Shown here piece by piece: positions 31,218 to 41,611 of a stretch of DNA of 64,000 nucleotides; position 1 is the stretch's first letter, and the number at the start of each line of letters is the position of its first letter. Under the pieces are notes generated by a model. It was not told where the DNA came from, did no database searches, and saw only the letters and a list, made by a program, of their open reading frames with translations. A program made the translations under genes and the position numbers. The stretch lies in IMG/VR virus record IMGVR_UViG_3300023179_000059, positions 25,759 to 89,758 of that record. The stretch is one strand, 5' to 3'. The DNA comes from a virus. Its lineage: Duplodnaviria; Caudoviricetes.

Positions 31218-32225
31218 TTACCAGCTTTTACAGGCCCAATAACGAGCTTTCCATTTTGGACCGGGATTATCACAATTATGTCTTGCTCTAAAGCTCTTTC
31301 TTCTTTCTGGTATATTTTTTTTGATTTTCATATTTGGATCACCAAAACGAACGATAACAACATTGCCACTTTCATTTTTTGTATATACAGCAAATTTCTT
31401 TGGACCATTTGAGGTTCTAAATGGTTTATTTAATGTTACTTTACGTCCTTGATATTCTGCTGCTTTACCAACAAATATTAAAGAATGACCATTTTTTTCA
31501 TAAACTCCACGCCTATTATATGTATAGACTTCTTGTGTAATAGGATCTTGATACTGGAATTTTGATTCTGTATCTTCCATTTCATCTTCAATATCATCTA
31601 CTTCAGATGGCTCGTCTATATATTCATCTTCATATTTACTAGGTTCATAATATGTAACAAAGTCAAATACATTTTGTACATATATTTCTGCTTTAGAAAT
31701 CATATCTTTAGTCCAATCTTGAAATTCTATTTCCATTAATTTCAGCTTCATGATAACTGACATTAACTGATCATGCATTTTTTGTATTTGTTCTATAGCC
31801 ATCTCGTCTCCGCTACCAGACTGAGCCTTTTTCCAAGCATCTTTGCTTGGTCTATCTGGATCTCCCGGTTTTGCTGGCTTATAATTTTTTCCCTCACGCT
31901 CCTTTTTCTTACGAATATTCTCCCATAGACCGGGCTTTTCTGCCGCACAGTCCCATTCTTCTATTGTTTCTCCAAAGTCTACATATTCTGCTGCTGTTGG
32001 AACATAAAAATTATCTTCATTTAATTCTTCTTCATATCCATATGCTTCGATTTGCATTTGAAAATCGGCGGCTTCTATACAATTGCAATCTGCTGTTGCT
32101 TGCTGTATGCAAATAGCCACTCTTTGTTTTTCATCTGGATATTCTTTCTTCATTGTTTCATTACTCATACAACGAGAAACAAAATTATCTTTTTGTTCAT
32201 CTTTTTTTCTTGATGGAATTGGCAT
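31218..32225 (-). CDS. Modular basic/acidic protein with C-terminal DUF6321-like module (possible head internal protein)
   Basis: FVSRCM..EYPDEKQRVAIC; GLWENIRKK; VRFGDPNM..RRKSFRARHNC..ARYWAC..W. Confidence 0.55.
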   Translation of the reverse strand: MPIPSRKKDEQKDNFVSRCMSNETMKKEYPDEKQRVAICIQQATADCNCIEAADFQMQIEAYGYEEELNEDNFYVPTAAEYVDFGETIEEWDCAAEKPGLWENIRKKKEREGKNYKPAKPGDPDRPSKDAWKKAQSGSGDEMAIEQIQKMHDQLMSVIMKLKLMEIEFQDWTKDMISKAEIYVQNVFDFVTYYEPSKYEDEYIDEPSEVDDIEDEMEDTESKFQYQDPITQEVYTYNRRGVYEKNGHSLIFVGKAAEYQGRKVTLNKPFRTSNGPKKFAVYTKNESGNVVIVRFGDPNMKIKKNIPERRKSFRARHNCDNPGPKWKARYWACKSW

Positions 32226-32234
32226 AATATTCTC

Positions 32235-33092
32235 CTATTTAAGTATTAAATTTTTAGCTTGTGAAAAAATATTCTCTATACTACCTTCTGGTATTTTTGG
32301 CTTGAAGTAACTAAAAATTTGCTTTATCATTTCATGTTCTGGATCTTGTGTTATTTCAAGCCATCCAACAAAATAGTTCCATATTCTATCTTCTAGAATA
32401 AGTGGATATTTTACACCAAGCGGTCTTCCAAATCTATGCAACCATCCCAGCTTTGGTAGACATATATTCTTTCCACCATTTCTTCTAAATTTCTCTGCTA
32501 TATATCCTTCTTCTCCACCAAATCCTCTAAAGTGTTCACATATACCCGGCCAATTCTTTTTTTCAAATGAGCATAAGCCCATACCTTGCATTAGTATTTC
32601 AAATGGTTTATTTAATTTATATTTTTCATGATCTGTTCCCCATGTTCCATACATATCTCCACTCCAATTTGGATCAAAATGTGTAGAAACATTGTTTAAA
32701 TCATCATATACTAATGGTCCCTGTACTAAATCCTTACAATTTTTATTTTCTAAATAATAATCTAATAATGAATTAATGGCGTTTTGTATTAATAAAACGT
32801 GACAATCTAAAATAACAACATATTTTCCAATTGCGTGTTTTGCTATTTCATATTTATTAAAGCTAGAACATTTATCTTCTTTTGGTATATATCTACCAAG
32901 CTTATTTAATCCACCCTCGATAAATCTTTTAGTCGCTTTACCGCTTTCACTATTTGGATTATTATCTAGAACAATATATTCTACCATGTCTGTATTACAT
33001 GCTTCATGGTACATTCTTAAGCCTTGTATGGTAAAGAATACACCATCATAATCGTCATAAGTTGCCATTCCAATAGTTAATAATTTTTTCAT
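32235..33092 (-). CDS. GT2 glycosyltransferase
   Basis: TIGMATYDD, ILDCH, GFGGEEGY. Confidence 0.75.
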   Translation of the reverse strand: MKKLLTIGMATYDDYDGVFFTIQGLRMYHEACNTDMVEYIVLDNNPNSESGKATKRFIEGGLNKLGRYIPKEDKCSSFNKYEIAKHAIGKYVVILDCHVLLIQNAINSLLDYYLENKNCKDLVQGPLVYDDLNNVSTHFDPNWSGDMYGTWGTDHEKYKLNKPFEILMQGMGLCSFEKKNWPGICEHFRGFGGEEGYIAEKFRRNGGKNICLPKLGWLHRFGRPLGVKYPLILEDRIWNYFVGWLEITQDPEHEMIKQIFSYFKPKIPEGSIENIFSQAKNLILK

Positions 33093-33102
33093 TTTTCAAT
33101 AC

Positions 33103-34122
33103 TCAACCGGGGGATTCATAAAAACCTATGTCGAAATCTTCTCTTTTACAATCGTTGACAGTCTTTTGCATACCATTTTCTTGTAAATATCTATCTATAT
33201 ATACACACATACTTTGATCTGTGTCTTTCCAGTTGTTTTTACAAAAATGGCATAATTTAGTGCATTTCCAGTTACTTCTATCATCAGAAATGGGTTTTGG
33301 CTTGTTATTTCTCTGTATTTCCTTAAATCTATCTTTAAGCATATTTAAGAATATTGTCTGATCGTTTTGATCAAAACATAGGGAAAATGGCCCACCGTCC
33401 TTAATGAAAAATATAGACATAATTGACTGTTTATATTCTGGAAAAAGTTTAGATATTGCATAATTATATAGTAATAATTGTGGATCTTTGCCTAATTTAG
33501 CATATGTTTTTTCTTCTCCAGTAGCCCAATCTAATCTTCTTCCTGTTTTCCAATCTACTACTTCTATAATTCCCGGCTCAGATTCTGTTACAAGATCTAT
33601 TGTGCCTTTTATTGCCAGTTGTCCCTTTATCTTTTTACCGTCTATTTCGTATTCGTATTTTGCCCAATCTTCTTCTATTGGAATATCAAAGTGTGGTTCT
33701 GCGGCAATAATATTTCTATTTCTTGGATCAAATTGTCCATTATTAAAATTTAGTGCATTAAAGCATAATTCTAGACAATCATTTTTATCATATTTTGAAA
33801 ATGTATTATGAGACTTATTAGTATAAAAATCAAAGCTTTTTTCTAGTAATTGACTCACAATTTCTTTTTTAAATAATGCTGCTGAACCAACAGATATACT
33901 TCCTACGGCATCGTCATTAATAGTTATTTTTTTGCTCTTTGGATTATCTTGTAATTCTTTTTTAAGCTTGGCTAACGACTCCATTACCTTATGAATAATT
34001 GTGCCAAGGTCTGCTTTTTTTCCACTTAAAGATTGATATCCAAGAACATATGTAATAAAGTATTGCATCTCACAATAAGCATAGTTATTATAACTAGAAG
34101 ATCTAACGTATGTTACAATCAT
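33103..34122 (-). CDS. PD-(D/E)XK RecB/Cas4-like exonuclease
   Basis: N-terminal Cys, GTIIH, GTIDLV, VVDWKTG, QLLLY and C-terminal C..LCHFC Fe-S ligands. Confidence 0.8.
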   Translation of the reverse strand: MIVTYVRSSSYNNYAYCEMQYFITYVLGYQSLSGKKADLGTIIHKVMESLAKLKKELQDNPKSKKITINDDAVGSISVGSAALFKKEIVSQLLEKSFDFYTNKSHNTFSKYDKNDCLELCFNALNFNNGQFDPRNRNIIAAEPHFDIPIEEDWAKYEYEIDGKKIKGQLAIKGTIDLVTESEPGIIEVVDWKTGRRLDWATGEEKTYAKLGKDPQLLLYNYAISKLFPEYKQSIMSIFFIKDGGPFSLCFDQNDQTIFLNMLKDRFKEIQRNNKPKPISDDRSNWKCTKLCHFCKNNWKDTDQSMCVYIDRYLQENGMQKTVNDCKREDFDIGFYESPG

Positions 34123-34123
34123 A

Positions 34124-34876
34124 TTAATTCCATATAAAGTTTAATTTTTGTAGTTGAGAACACAAATTACTAATATCTCCTTGGCTATTGTTTACTATAA
34201 AATCAAAATTTGACCAATCATAATTATTTTGATCTAAAATACATTCACTTTCATGATCGCTATTATATATATCTCTTGTTAATCTTAAAACAATGCCATT
34301 ATTTTCTTTTATGGCAGATATTTCATTTGGAAATCTAACATCTGGTATGATAGCAACTTCTGGCTTTTCCGCTAGAATTGAATTAATTGTTGCATTTACC
34401 CAAGCTTGTGGGTATATTTTTCTAACAATAGTTGTGCCAAAATATTGTAAGAATTCTCTAGATGTCATTAGCCCACTTTTATTTTCATTAAGTGGAATGT
34501 CTTTCCAATCTATATTTATTACAGTATTTTTGTCTTCATTTGTTCCATATACTTGCTTATGATTTAATCCAAATAAAGCTATAGATAATTCCTTTAAAGG
34601 ATCTGCAAAGTGATATATCTTAACATACGGCCAAAGTTCTCTTTCTGCATATTCTATAAAAGTATTGTCTTTTCTCGTTACATCTAAAATTCCATATCCA
34701 CTTTTACCAGAAGAATTTTGTGTTTCTATAACCAAATTTCCAGAAGGGTCAATATAGAAACTTTCTATCATTTGATATTTCTTTAGAATTTCTCCATTTA
34801 TATAATTAGCTGTTGTATTTTTACCAGCTTGTTTTCTTCCAGATATACCAATAATTTTAGTCATGTTAATATGCAC
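34124..34876 (-). CDS. Deoxynucleoside monophosphate kinase
   Basis: GISGRKQAGKNT, FADPLK, REFLQYFGT, DVRFPNE, HESE. Confidence 0.85.
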   Translation of the reverse strand: MHINMTKIIGISGRKQAGKNTTANYINGEILKKYQMIESFYIDPSGNLVIETQNSSGKSGYGILDVTRKDNTFIEYAERELWPYVKIYHFADPLKELSIALFGLNHKQVYGTNEDKNTVINIDWKDIPLNENKSGLMTSREFLQYFGTTIVRKIYPQAWVNATINSILAEKPEVAIIPDVRFPNEISAIKENNGIVLRLTRDIYNSDHESECILDQNNYDWSNFDFIVNNSQGDISNLCSQLQKLNFIWN

Positions 34877-35882
34877 CTTTTAGATTATTTAAGATCTTTG
34901 TTTGTATTTGTTCTACTGACATATCTCCAATATCTTTACCATATATTTTTGGAAAAGATAACTTATACATCCTATTGAATTGTCTTTTTATTTGTATTTT
35001 AGATTCTCTTCCAGCTTGATCATTGTCTGTTAATATTATTAAATGTGTAATTGGTAATTTATATAATATATCTTCTTGTTCTTTTGCTATTGTTTTACCA
35101 AAAATACTAACAGCATTCATAACTCCAGCTTCATATAGTCTCCAAACATCACCCTGTCCTTCTGTAATAAACAAGCAGGATGTTTCCGACGCTCTTTGTA
35201 CTGCTCTGTGATAATTATAGAGATAATGTCTTTTGTCAAAACCTTTTGGATACAATAAAAATTTTGGTAACTTATATTCTTTTACCGATCTTCCTATAAG
35301 TCCCACAATATTTTGTCCATCCTTATCATGTATTGGTACTATAACTCTATCTTTCATAGATGTTATTTTAGTGTCTGTACCAACGCTAAAGTGTTTTAGT
35401 GTATCTATCTTAAATCCTCTTTGTGTAAAATATTCATGTGCATAATTTGGATTATATTCTATATTAAGATTTTGTTGTTTGTGTGTTTCACTGTGACAAA
35501 AAATAGATAAAATTTGATCTGTTATATCGTCGGATACCGTAATATCCTGTATTTTATTTTGCTTTACCTTTTTTACCTGTAATAAGTCACAAGACCACTT
35601 TAAGACATCAGAAAATTGTAAATCTTTACCATTCTTTTCTGATAAAACTCCTTTAATCAATCCAAAAATATCATTCTTATGATCACACTGACAATCTCTA
35701 GTCCAACATTTCCAGTATCCTTTTTGAATGGAATATGAGAAAGCTCTTGGATTATCACTTCCATGATGAATAGGACATGTAGAATATAAGTTATCACCAA
35801 TAACTTCATATTTCATATCTAGTCTATCAAAAACTAACTGATAATTATTCTGTAGCTGAATCTTGATCTGATTCAAGTCCAT
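34866..35882 (-). CDS. dnaG: DNA primase (Zn finger + TOPRIM)
   Basis: CPIH..CW...C; ITEG; DNDQAG. Confidence 0.85.
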   Translation of the reverse strand: MDLNQIKIQLQNNYQLVFDRLDMKYEVIGDNLYSTCPIHHGSDNPRAFSYSIQKGYWKCWTRDCQCDHKNDIFGLIKGVLSEKNGKDLQFSDVLKWSCDLLQVKKVKQNKIQDITVSDDITDQILSIFCHSETHKQQNLNIEYNPNYAHEYFTQRGFKIDTLKHFSVGTDTKITSMKDRVIVPIHDKDGQNIVGLIGRSVKEYKLPKFLLYPKGFDKRHYLYNYHRAVQRASETSCLFITEGQGDVWRLYEAGVMNAVSIFGKTIAKEQEDILYKLPITHLIILTDNDQAGRESKIQIKRQFNRMYKLSFPKIYGKDIGDMSVEQIQTKILNNLKGAY

Positions 35883-37320
35883 CTCTTATCCTTTGAATAT
35901 CATTATTGTCAACTAGACCGGTATCACCAATTGGTTGATTTTTAAATTCATTTCTAGTTCTTAATTCTATTAGTTTAGAATGAGAACCTTGCATTACCAT
36001 ATTTATATAATCACCATCATTTAGTCCACCGCCATGCCTAGTTACAACTGGAACTAATTTCCTATTTCCAGCATTTGGACCATCTTCAGCCAATTCTTCT
36101 GGTGATTTTAATTTAAATATGGAAAAAGATGTACATAGCCATATCAATCTATCAGATCCACTAACTGCGTCAGTACTTTCTCTCGTTATACCATCTCTAT
36201 TTAACTGGACAAATGATAAGCATGGAATATCAAGTTTAACACATAAATTATGTAATGAAGTAATTTGAAATCCAAGAGCTTGATATTCTTGTACATTATT
36301 TGTGATAGATTCTGATGACATTAATTTTAGATAATCATATATAATTAAACAGTCATTTGTTTTACCGGTTTCATCGGTTTTTACCTCTTGAACAACCCAT
36401 CGCTTTATTAAATTTAGAATTTGTTCAAATGGCTTACCAGCGACACTAACATAATTATAAGATATATTTTCTAGCTTTTTACATGCTAATACTACCTTTT
36501 CATATTTTTCTTGATCATCTGTAAATTTACCAGTTGCAATTTCATTGATTGGAACACCGCTGATATTAGATAGTAGTCTATTTAGATGATCTTCTTTACT
36601 CATTTCTGTATCAAGCATTAATACTGGAATTTGTTTTGATGCAACATTTAATGCTACATTATCAGCAAATACGCTTTTACCAACCTTTGGCCTTGCTGCA
36701 ACCAGATCAACACACTTCCTTCTTAATCCGCCACCAATGGCTTCATCAAATTTATTAAATCCTGTTGGTATTCCAATGATATCGCATTTGTTTTCTACTA
36801 GAAACTCTATATAATTATTGATATCTGAACCAATCTTTGTTGGTCTTTCTCCACCATCATCTTCTCTCAAAAAATCTACTACTGGATTTTCAAGAATTCC
36901 AATAATATCATTAATTGATTCTGTACCATTTATGGTATCAATATCTTTATTAATCTTATGAGTTAGCTGTTTTATCTTGCGGGCAAACTCAAACTTCTTA
37001 ATTTGTGCAGCAAAACTCAGTATATTATCTTTATTTACTGGAAAGTCAAATAGAGATTTAATGTACTTTAATTCTTGTGGCGTATTTATAACATCAATTA
37101 CATTTAATTGTGTGGCGGCTGATAGTAAAGATGTTATGTCTACTTTCTGCTCGTTTGATATAATACGTTCTATACATTTATATAGAATTTGATTATTTGT
37201 ATTACCAAAAGTATCTGCACTAATAAGATCAGATATTACAATATAGGAATCTATTCCGTTCTGAACTAGAATAGATAATACTGCTCTTTCAGATCCAATA
37301 TCTAGCAACTTATCACTCAT
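35845..37320 (-). CDS. dnaB: Replicative helicase
   Basis: AARPKVGKS, DTEM, IYDYLK, QLNR. Confidence 0.9.
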   Translation of the reverse strand: MSDKLLDIGSERAVLSILVQNGIDSYIVISDLISADTFGNTNNQILYKCIERIISNEQKVDITSLLSAATQLNVIDVINTPQELKYIKSLFDFPVNKDNILSFAAQIKKFEFARKIKQLTHKINKDIDTINGTESINDIIGILENPVVDFLREDDGGERPTKIGSDINNYIEFLVENKCDIIGIPTGFNKFDEAIGGGLRRKCVDLVAARPKVGKSVFADNVALNVASKQIPVLMLDTEMSKEDHLNRLLSNISGVPINEIATGKFTDDQEKYEKVVLACKKLENISYNYVSVAGKPFEQILNLIKRWVVQEVKTDETGKTNDCLIIYDYLKLMSSESITNNVQEYQALGFQITSLHNLCVKLDIPCLSFVQLNRDGITRESTDAVSGSDRLIWLCTSFSIFKLKSPEELAEDGPNAGNRKLVPVVTRHGGGLNDGDYINMVMQGSHSKLIELRTRNEFKNQPIGDTGLVDNNDIQRIRDGLESDQDSATE

Positions 37321-37322
37321 AA

Positions 37323-37718
37323 TTATTTTCTTCCAATGCACCTATTACAACGATGATATTCTCCATACACAAATCTTTGATCTAATTTAAAAGACTTGCC
37401 ACACACATGACATTCCACTTCTGTCTTATTTTGCTGTGGTCTACGTCTTGGGGTTCTTTCATATTCTGGAGTAGTAATATCTCTAAGTTCTCCAGTATCT
37501 TCCCACTCATTTTTTCTAGCCTTCACCGGTTCTCTCCTTTTATGGTTTTGGATATTTGGTTTACTCTCTGTAATAAAATTTTGATTAATAGCTTTCTTTG
37601 TTTGCTCATTGACTTCTTTTGGCACTGACTGTATTGTTGGTGAATTTTCATTTAGAGCTTTTAGTAATGCCCTCTTTTGATCGTCATTAAGTGTATTAAC
37701 AAAATCTTCCATACTCAT
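37323..37718 (-). CDS. Hypothetical protein with C-terminal Zn ribbon
   Basis: CHVCG..CNRC. Confidence 0.55.
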   Translation of the reverse strand: MSMEDFVNTLNDDQKRALLKALNENSPTIQSVPKEVNEQTKKAINQNFITESKPNIQNHKRREPVKARKNEWEDTGELRDITTPEYERTPRRRPQQNKTEVECHVCGKSFKLDQRFVYGEYHRCNRCIGRK

Positions 37719-38197
37719 GATCTTTTTCCTTTTTCTAATAAAATATCTGCTTTTCTTTTTATTTCATAAACTTTACCATCTAATGCTTGTAGTCTTGATT
37801 CAGCAACTAATCTCATTTGATCTATTTTTGCTGCATAAGTATTATCTTGTGCTATAATTTGTTTCTTTGATTCATGCTTAGTATACTTATCAAAAGAATC
37901 ATTATGTTTTACGATTAACTTTTCTATCTGATCATTGCACCAATCTAACGCAATTTTATTTCTATTAATATCATCTTGAATATAAGAAGCATAACTATAT
38001 AAAATATACGCATTATCGAATAGCTCATCCTTTGTCAATTTTTTGAGCGTATCTAATGGTAAATCAGCTACTAATAAAAATTCTTCTCTAAAAGATGAGA
38101 ACTTTGTATTGTGACTATTTATATAGTCGTCAATATCTTTTATGTGTTGTTCTAGATTTTCTTTAGCGGTTGACAATTTGTTGTCTCCAATCTTCAT
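37715..38197 (-). CDS. Helical coiled-coil protein, possibly UvsY-like recombination mediator
   Basis: All-helical pattern, size and position next to recA; weak call. Confidence 0.35.
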   Translation of the reverse strand: MKIGDNKLSTAKENLEQHIKDIDDYINSHNTKFSSFREEFLLVADLPLDTLKKLTKDELFDNAYILYSYASYIQDDINRNKIALDWCNDQIEKLIVKHNDSFDKYTKHESKKQIIAQDNTYAAKIDQMRLVAESRLQALDGKVYEIKRKADILLEKGKRS

Positions 38198-38585
38198 TTG
38201 AGTCAGAATATTTTAATGTAATTATTTTAATTCCATTCAATCTGCACCATTCTATTTTATCACAATCTTTGGCTTGTGCAAGCACAAAATCAGCTTTGGT
38301 TTTATGAAAGAATGGACAAAATTCATAATGTTGTTGACCATGAACTTCAAATGCAGATTTTATTTGTGGTATATAAAAATCAAGATATAACACACCTTTT
38401 CTATGTAACGCTGTGCTTCCGGGTAATTTTACTTCTTCAAGTATTCTATAGCTATGATATATTTCTTTTAATAGTTTTCTTGCCCTAAGATGATATTTTG
38501 ACCTAGCACGTTTATCGTCGGCCTTTATATCATAACTTGACAAATTCCAAATATATTCTTTACCATTAATTCCTACTATTTTCAT
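38163..38585 (-). CDS. PD-(D/E)XK (Vsr/DUF559-like) endonuclease
   Basis: EEV..LYLDFYIP..AFEVHGQQHY..DKIEWC. Confidence 0.65.
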   Translation of the reverse strand: MKIVGINGKEYIWNLSSYDIKADDKRARSKYHLRARKLLKEIYHSYRILEEVKLPGSTALHRKGVLYLDFYIPQIKSAFEVHGQQHYEFCPFFHKTKADFVLAQAKDCDKIEWCRLNGIKIITLKYSDSNEDWRQQIVNR

Positions 38586-38613
38586 TTTATATTTTTTTCT
38601 TTTTAATTACTTA

Positions 38614-39720
38614 TTAATACAATTCCTTAATTTTTTGAAATACAAACTGTGCTATATCTTCATGTGCGGTGAGAAATTCGCACAGATTATTAGAACCTTG
38701 AAACTTTAATGCTCTTTCAATATCATCCACGGATGAAGCATTGTTTTCATTTAGATATTTGGCAATAACTGGATTTGAAGCATCGTCAACGGCACATTGT
38801 ATTGTATACCAAGCACCACTAGCTTTTATTAACCTAAACTCACAAGCAATCTGTATTACCTCTTGTACTTCATCTATTCCTATTCCATATCGAATCCAAC
38901 TTTCTGCTGTGCTATTTGGCCTTCCTCCAGCGTTTGATGTTTTAATAGACCAATTAGCAATTTGTCCAACGTGTTCACCAGTATCTTTTGGGACTTGCCA
39001 TTTGCCACGATGTGTTATTACCATGTTTGTTCCAGCTTGATACTGTAACATATTTCCACAGTCTGCCATTTTAGATGGTGCGTATGGAGAACCACCAGTA
39101 TTAGCAATATTATGTGTGATACATATCAACATTGTTTTATTTTTCATCAGTGTCCCACTAATACGTTTGAAAAACATAGACAATAATCGTGGCAAAGCAT
39201 TTCTTACTCCGGTTCTTACTTCTCCTTCTAATTCACATGCTGGAACCATATTGGATAAAGAGTCTGCTATTATCAAACAGCCGGGATCGTTATTAATATA
39301 ATATTCTATAATATTAAGAAAATCTTCTGCGGTTAAAATGCGATCATCTGTAGATTCAATAATAATAATATTATCTGGATTTAATCCTTTTATACCATCA
39401 AAATTTTGTTTAGATAATCTACCTTCAGTATTTACATAAATAACACGTTTACCCTTTGATTGGCACTTTGCTGCAAAATGTAACGCAGTGGTTGTTTTTC
39501 CACTTTTTGGATCTCCCGTCATAACAATAACAGAGCCTTCCCTTAATCCACCACCAAGTGCAATATCTAATGCTGGAGATACGCCAATTACTTCTAGATT
39601 ATTTATTGACTCAAGAACTTCTGTACCACTTCTTACAACATCTCCATATTTACTAATTACAGAATTGCTTACGTTATCTGTTTCAAACTTGCTAGTAGTC
39701 TTTTTCTTTGTTTTATTCAT
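38614..39720 (-). CDS. recA: RecA/UvsX recombinase
   Basis: ALDIALGGG, GDPKSGKTT, YVNTEG, IIADSL. Confidence 0.85.
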   Translation of the reverse strand: MNKTKKKTTSKFETDNVSNSVISKYGDVVRSGTEVLESINNLEVIGVSPALDIALGGGLREGSVIVMTGDPKSGKTTTALHFAAKCQSKGKRVIYVNTEGRLSKQNFDGIKGLNPDNIIIIESTDDRILTAEDFLNIIEYYINNDPGCLIIADSLSNMVPACELEGEVRTGVRNALPRLLSMFFKRISGTLMKNKTMLICITHNIANTGGSPYAPSKMADCGNMLQYQAGTNMVITHRGKWQVPKDTGEHVGQIANWSIKTSNAGGRPNSTAESWIRYGIGIDEVQEVIQIACEFRLIKASGAWYTIQCAVDDASNPVIAKYLNENNASSVDDIERALKFQGSNNLCEFLTAHEDIAQFVFQKIKELY

Positions 39721-40232
39721 AAATCCCTCAGTTTATTAATCATTGTTTTATTTTTTGATATAGACTGTGTTTTTCTAGATTGTAATTCTTTGTTATCTAC
39801 TTCAATGTCTGCGTCACACTGCTGCCTATTTTGTGCTTCCTTTATCTTACTATCATACATGGCAATTACCTTTTCCGCAAGCGGATTAATTTTGTAACCT
39901 CTACCATTTTGTATTCCTAGAACTAATAGCTTGTCAAATTCTTTAGACTTAATAGCCTGTAATATAGCTTCTTCACTATATTTTTTCTTTAGTTGTCTTG
40001 CTGCACCAAGTTGTTTTTTCCAAATCCAATGATTTGGATCGCCCTTGGTCCAAAATTTATAAGATGGTTTTCCGAGATTTAATTTTTCTGCTCTTCTAAG
40101 AATAATAAATTCTGCAACATAAGCTTCAAATGTGCAATATTCTCCAGTATGAATATGCTTGTACTTATGTGTTTCTGACCACTGTTTTTGGTAGTCTTGA
40201 TTAAACAGTGCTGGTTTTTGACGGTTGTTCAT
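39717..40232 (-). CDS. Hypothetical protein
   Basis: Coupled ORF in operon. Confidence 0.5.
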   Translation of the reverse strand: MNNRQKPALFNQDYQKQWSETHKYKHIHTGEYCTFEAYVAEFIILRRAEKLNLGKPSYKFWTKGDPNHWIWKKQLGAARQLKKKYSEEAILQAIKSKEFDKLLVLGIQNGRGYKINPLAEKVIAMYDSKIKEAQNRQQCDADIEVDNKELQSRKTQSISKNKTMINKLRDL

Positions 40233-40650
40233 AGTGTATTATAGCTTCTTCAAAACAATCTTCAATATTGTCTATAAATGAACTTTCTTCTATCAATTCT
40301 GGCGTTAGCCACATTGTTTTATGTACTTGATTATCAATTATTTTACCAATAGTATAGCATTCTTTTGTTCTTCCGCCAAATTCGCCCTTTATTGAACGAA
40401 CTAAGTATATTCCATCACAATCATGTACTTCTACTTCTATTTGATGAGATCTATACCTAAGTCCAAGCTTTGTTATCTTTTGATTAGTATCTGAAAGCCA
40501 AGACTTAACTTTAAACCAATCATTATATACTCTCAAATAAACATCTTGATTATTTGATATTTGAAAATAAATCCATATATTTTTTTTTAACTCTGGAGAC
40601 TGTGAATATACTTTTCTCCAGTTTTCATATCCAAAAATAAAATCAATCAT
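40201..40650 (-). CDS. Hypothetical protein
   Basis: Coupled ORF in operon. Confidence 0.5.
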   Translation of the reverse strand: MIDFIFGYENWRKVYSQSPELKKNIWIYFQISNNQDVYLRVYNDWFKVKSWLSDTNQKITKLGLRYRSHQIEVEVHDCDGIYLVRSIKGEFGGRTKECYTIGKIIDNQVHKTMWLTPELIEESSFIDNIEDCFEEAIIHYEQPSKTSTV

Positions 40651-40933
40651 GTTTAATCTTAGTTACGCAATCAGATGGTTTTTTAGTTGTCTTTCTTTTT
40701 CCGTCACCTATCATTGACGCAGTTTCTGTCATTACTATAGAACCCTTACTTTTAGCAAAATGATCTCCAGCCCTAATAGTAGTCTTGGAAGATCCAAAAT
40801 TTTGCTTTAGATATTTTCTAATTGTTTCTACTTTTCTATCTAAAACATTTGCTAATTCTTGATCTGTTAATGTTTTGTAATGGTGTTCTATATAAAAAGC
40901 TTCTACTTGTCCTATTGGTCCAGTTTTAGACAT
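40643..40933 (-). CDS. Small HTH protein
   Basis: LTDQELANVLDRKVETIRKYL. Confidence 0.55.
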   Translation of the reverse strand: MSKTGPIGQVEAFYIEHHYKTLTDQELANVLDRKVETIRKYLKQNFGSSKTTIRAGDHFAKSKGSIVMTETASMIGDGKRKTTKKPSDCVTKIKHD

Positions 40934-41261
40934 TGATATAACTCCTTTGTGTCCTAGTCATATATAGAGAATTTTTTGTTCTTAGATATAGAACATAATA
41001 ATCAAAAACAGACTTTGAAACAGACTTAAGATTTATGGTTAGATTAGATTCTCTATGACTATCTATACCATTTGGATCATATGGAATATTATTATTAGTA
41101 GCTATAAGATATTTTGTTTGTTTATTGTTGCTTGTGCTTATTTCAACTATCTTTGCAAAAACCTTTTCACTGTCTGAGCATAGTTCGCCAGACTTATTAT
41201 ATAATTGCTCCGTTGTTTGAGCTTGAAAATCTTTCTTAATATAAGAATCTACAAATTTCAT
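40926..41261 (-). CDS. Hypothetical protein
   Basis: Coupled ORF; AGGAG RBS for the downstream gene lies inside it. Confidence 0.5.
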   Translation of the reverse strand: MKFVDSYIKKDFQAQTTEQLYNKSGELCSDSEKVFAKIVEISTSNNKQTKYLIATNNNIPYDPNGIDSHRESNLTINLKSVSKSVFDYYVLYLRTKNSLYMTRTQRSYINV

Positions 41262-41611
41262 GTATCACCTGTAATAATATATTTTTGTTTTTGTTCAGCG
41301 GTCATTTTATTAATTTGTTTTTTACTTGCTTTTCCAAACTGAGAAAATAGAGATTGATTTTGTGCCTCTTTTTCTTTTTGCTGTGTCTCTATTTCTGATC
41401 TTTTATATGTTCCAATCTTAGACCAATTTTTATCTGCTAATTGACCTATAGTTTTTACATCTTTGACAAAGGCACCAAGACCACCGCTTATTTGCCTCTC
41501 TAAAGAATGTAAACCGCAATTTGGACATAGGGTAATAGGATCATCATGTATTGATTGATAATGGTCTATCACCCTATGTTCACAATTAGTACAGAAATAA
41601 TCGTATAACAT
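41258..41611 (-). CDS. FmdB-family zinc-ribbon protein
   Basis: MLYDYFCTNCEH..Q..D.PITLCPNCG..L.R.IS. Confidence 0.8.
   Translation of the reverse strand: MLYDYFCTNCEHRVIDHYQSIHDDPITLCPNCGLHSLERQISGGLGAFVKDVKTIGQLADKNWSKIGTYKRSEIETQQKEKEAQNQSLFSQFGKASKKQINKMTAEQKQKYIITGDT

Noticed and set aside
33103-34122. Cas4 as evidence of a phage CRISPR system
   Set aside because: Solo Cas4/RecB-like nucleases are common in phage replication modules; no cas1/cas2 or array is nearby.
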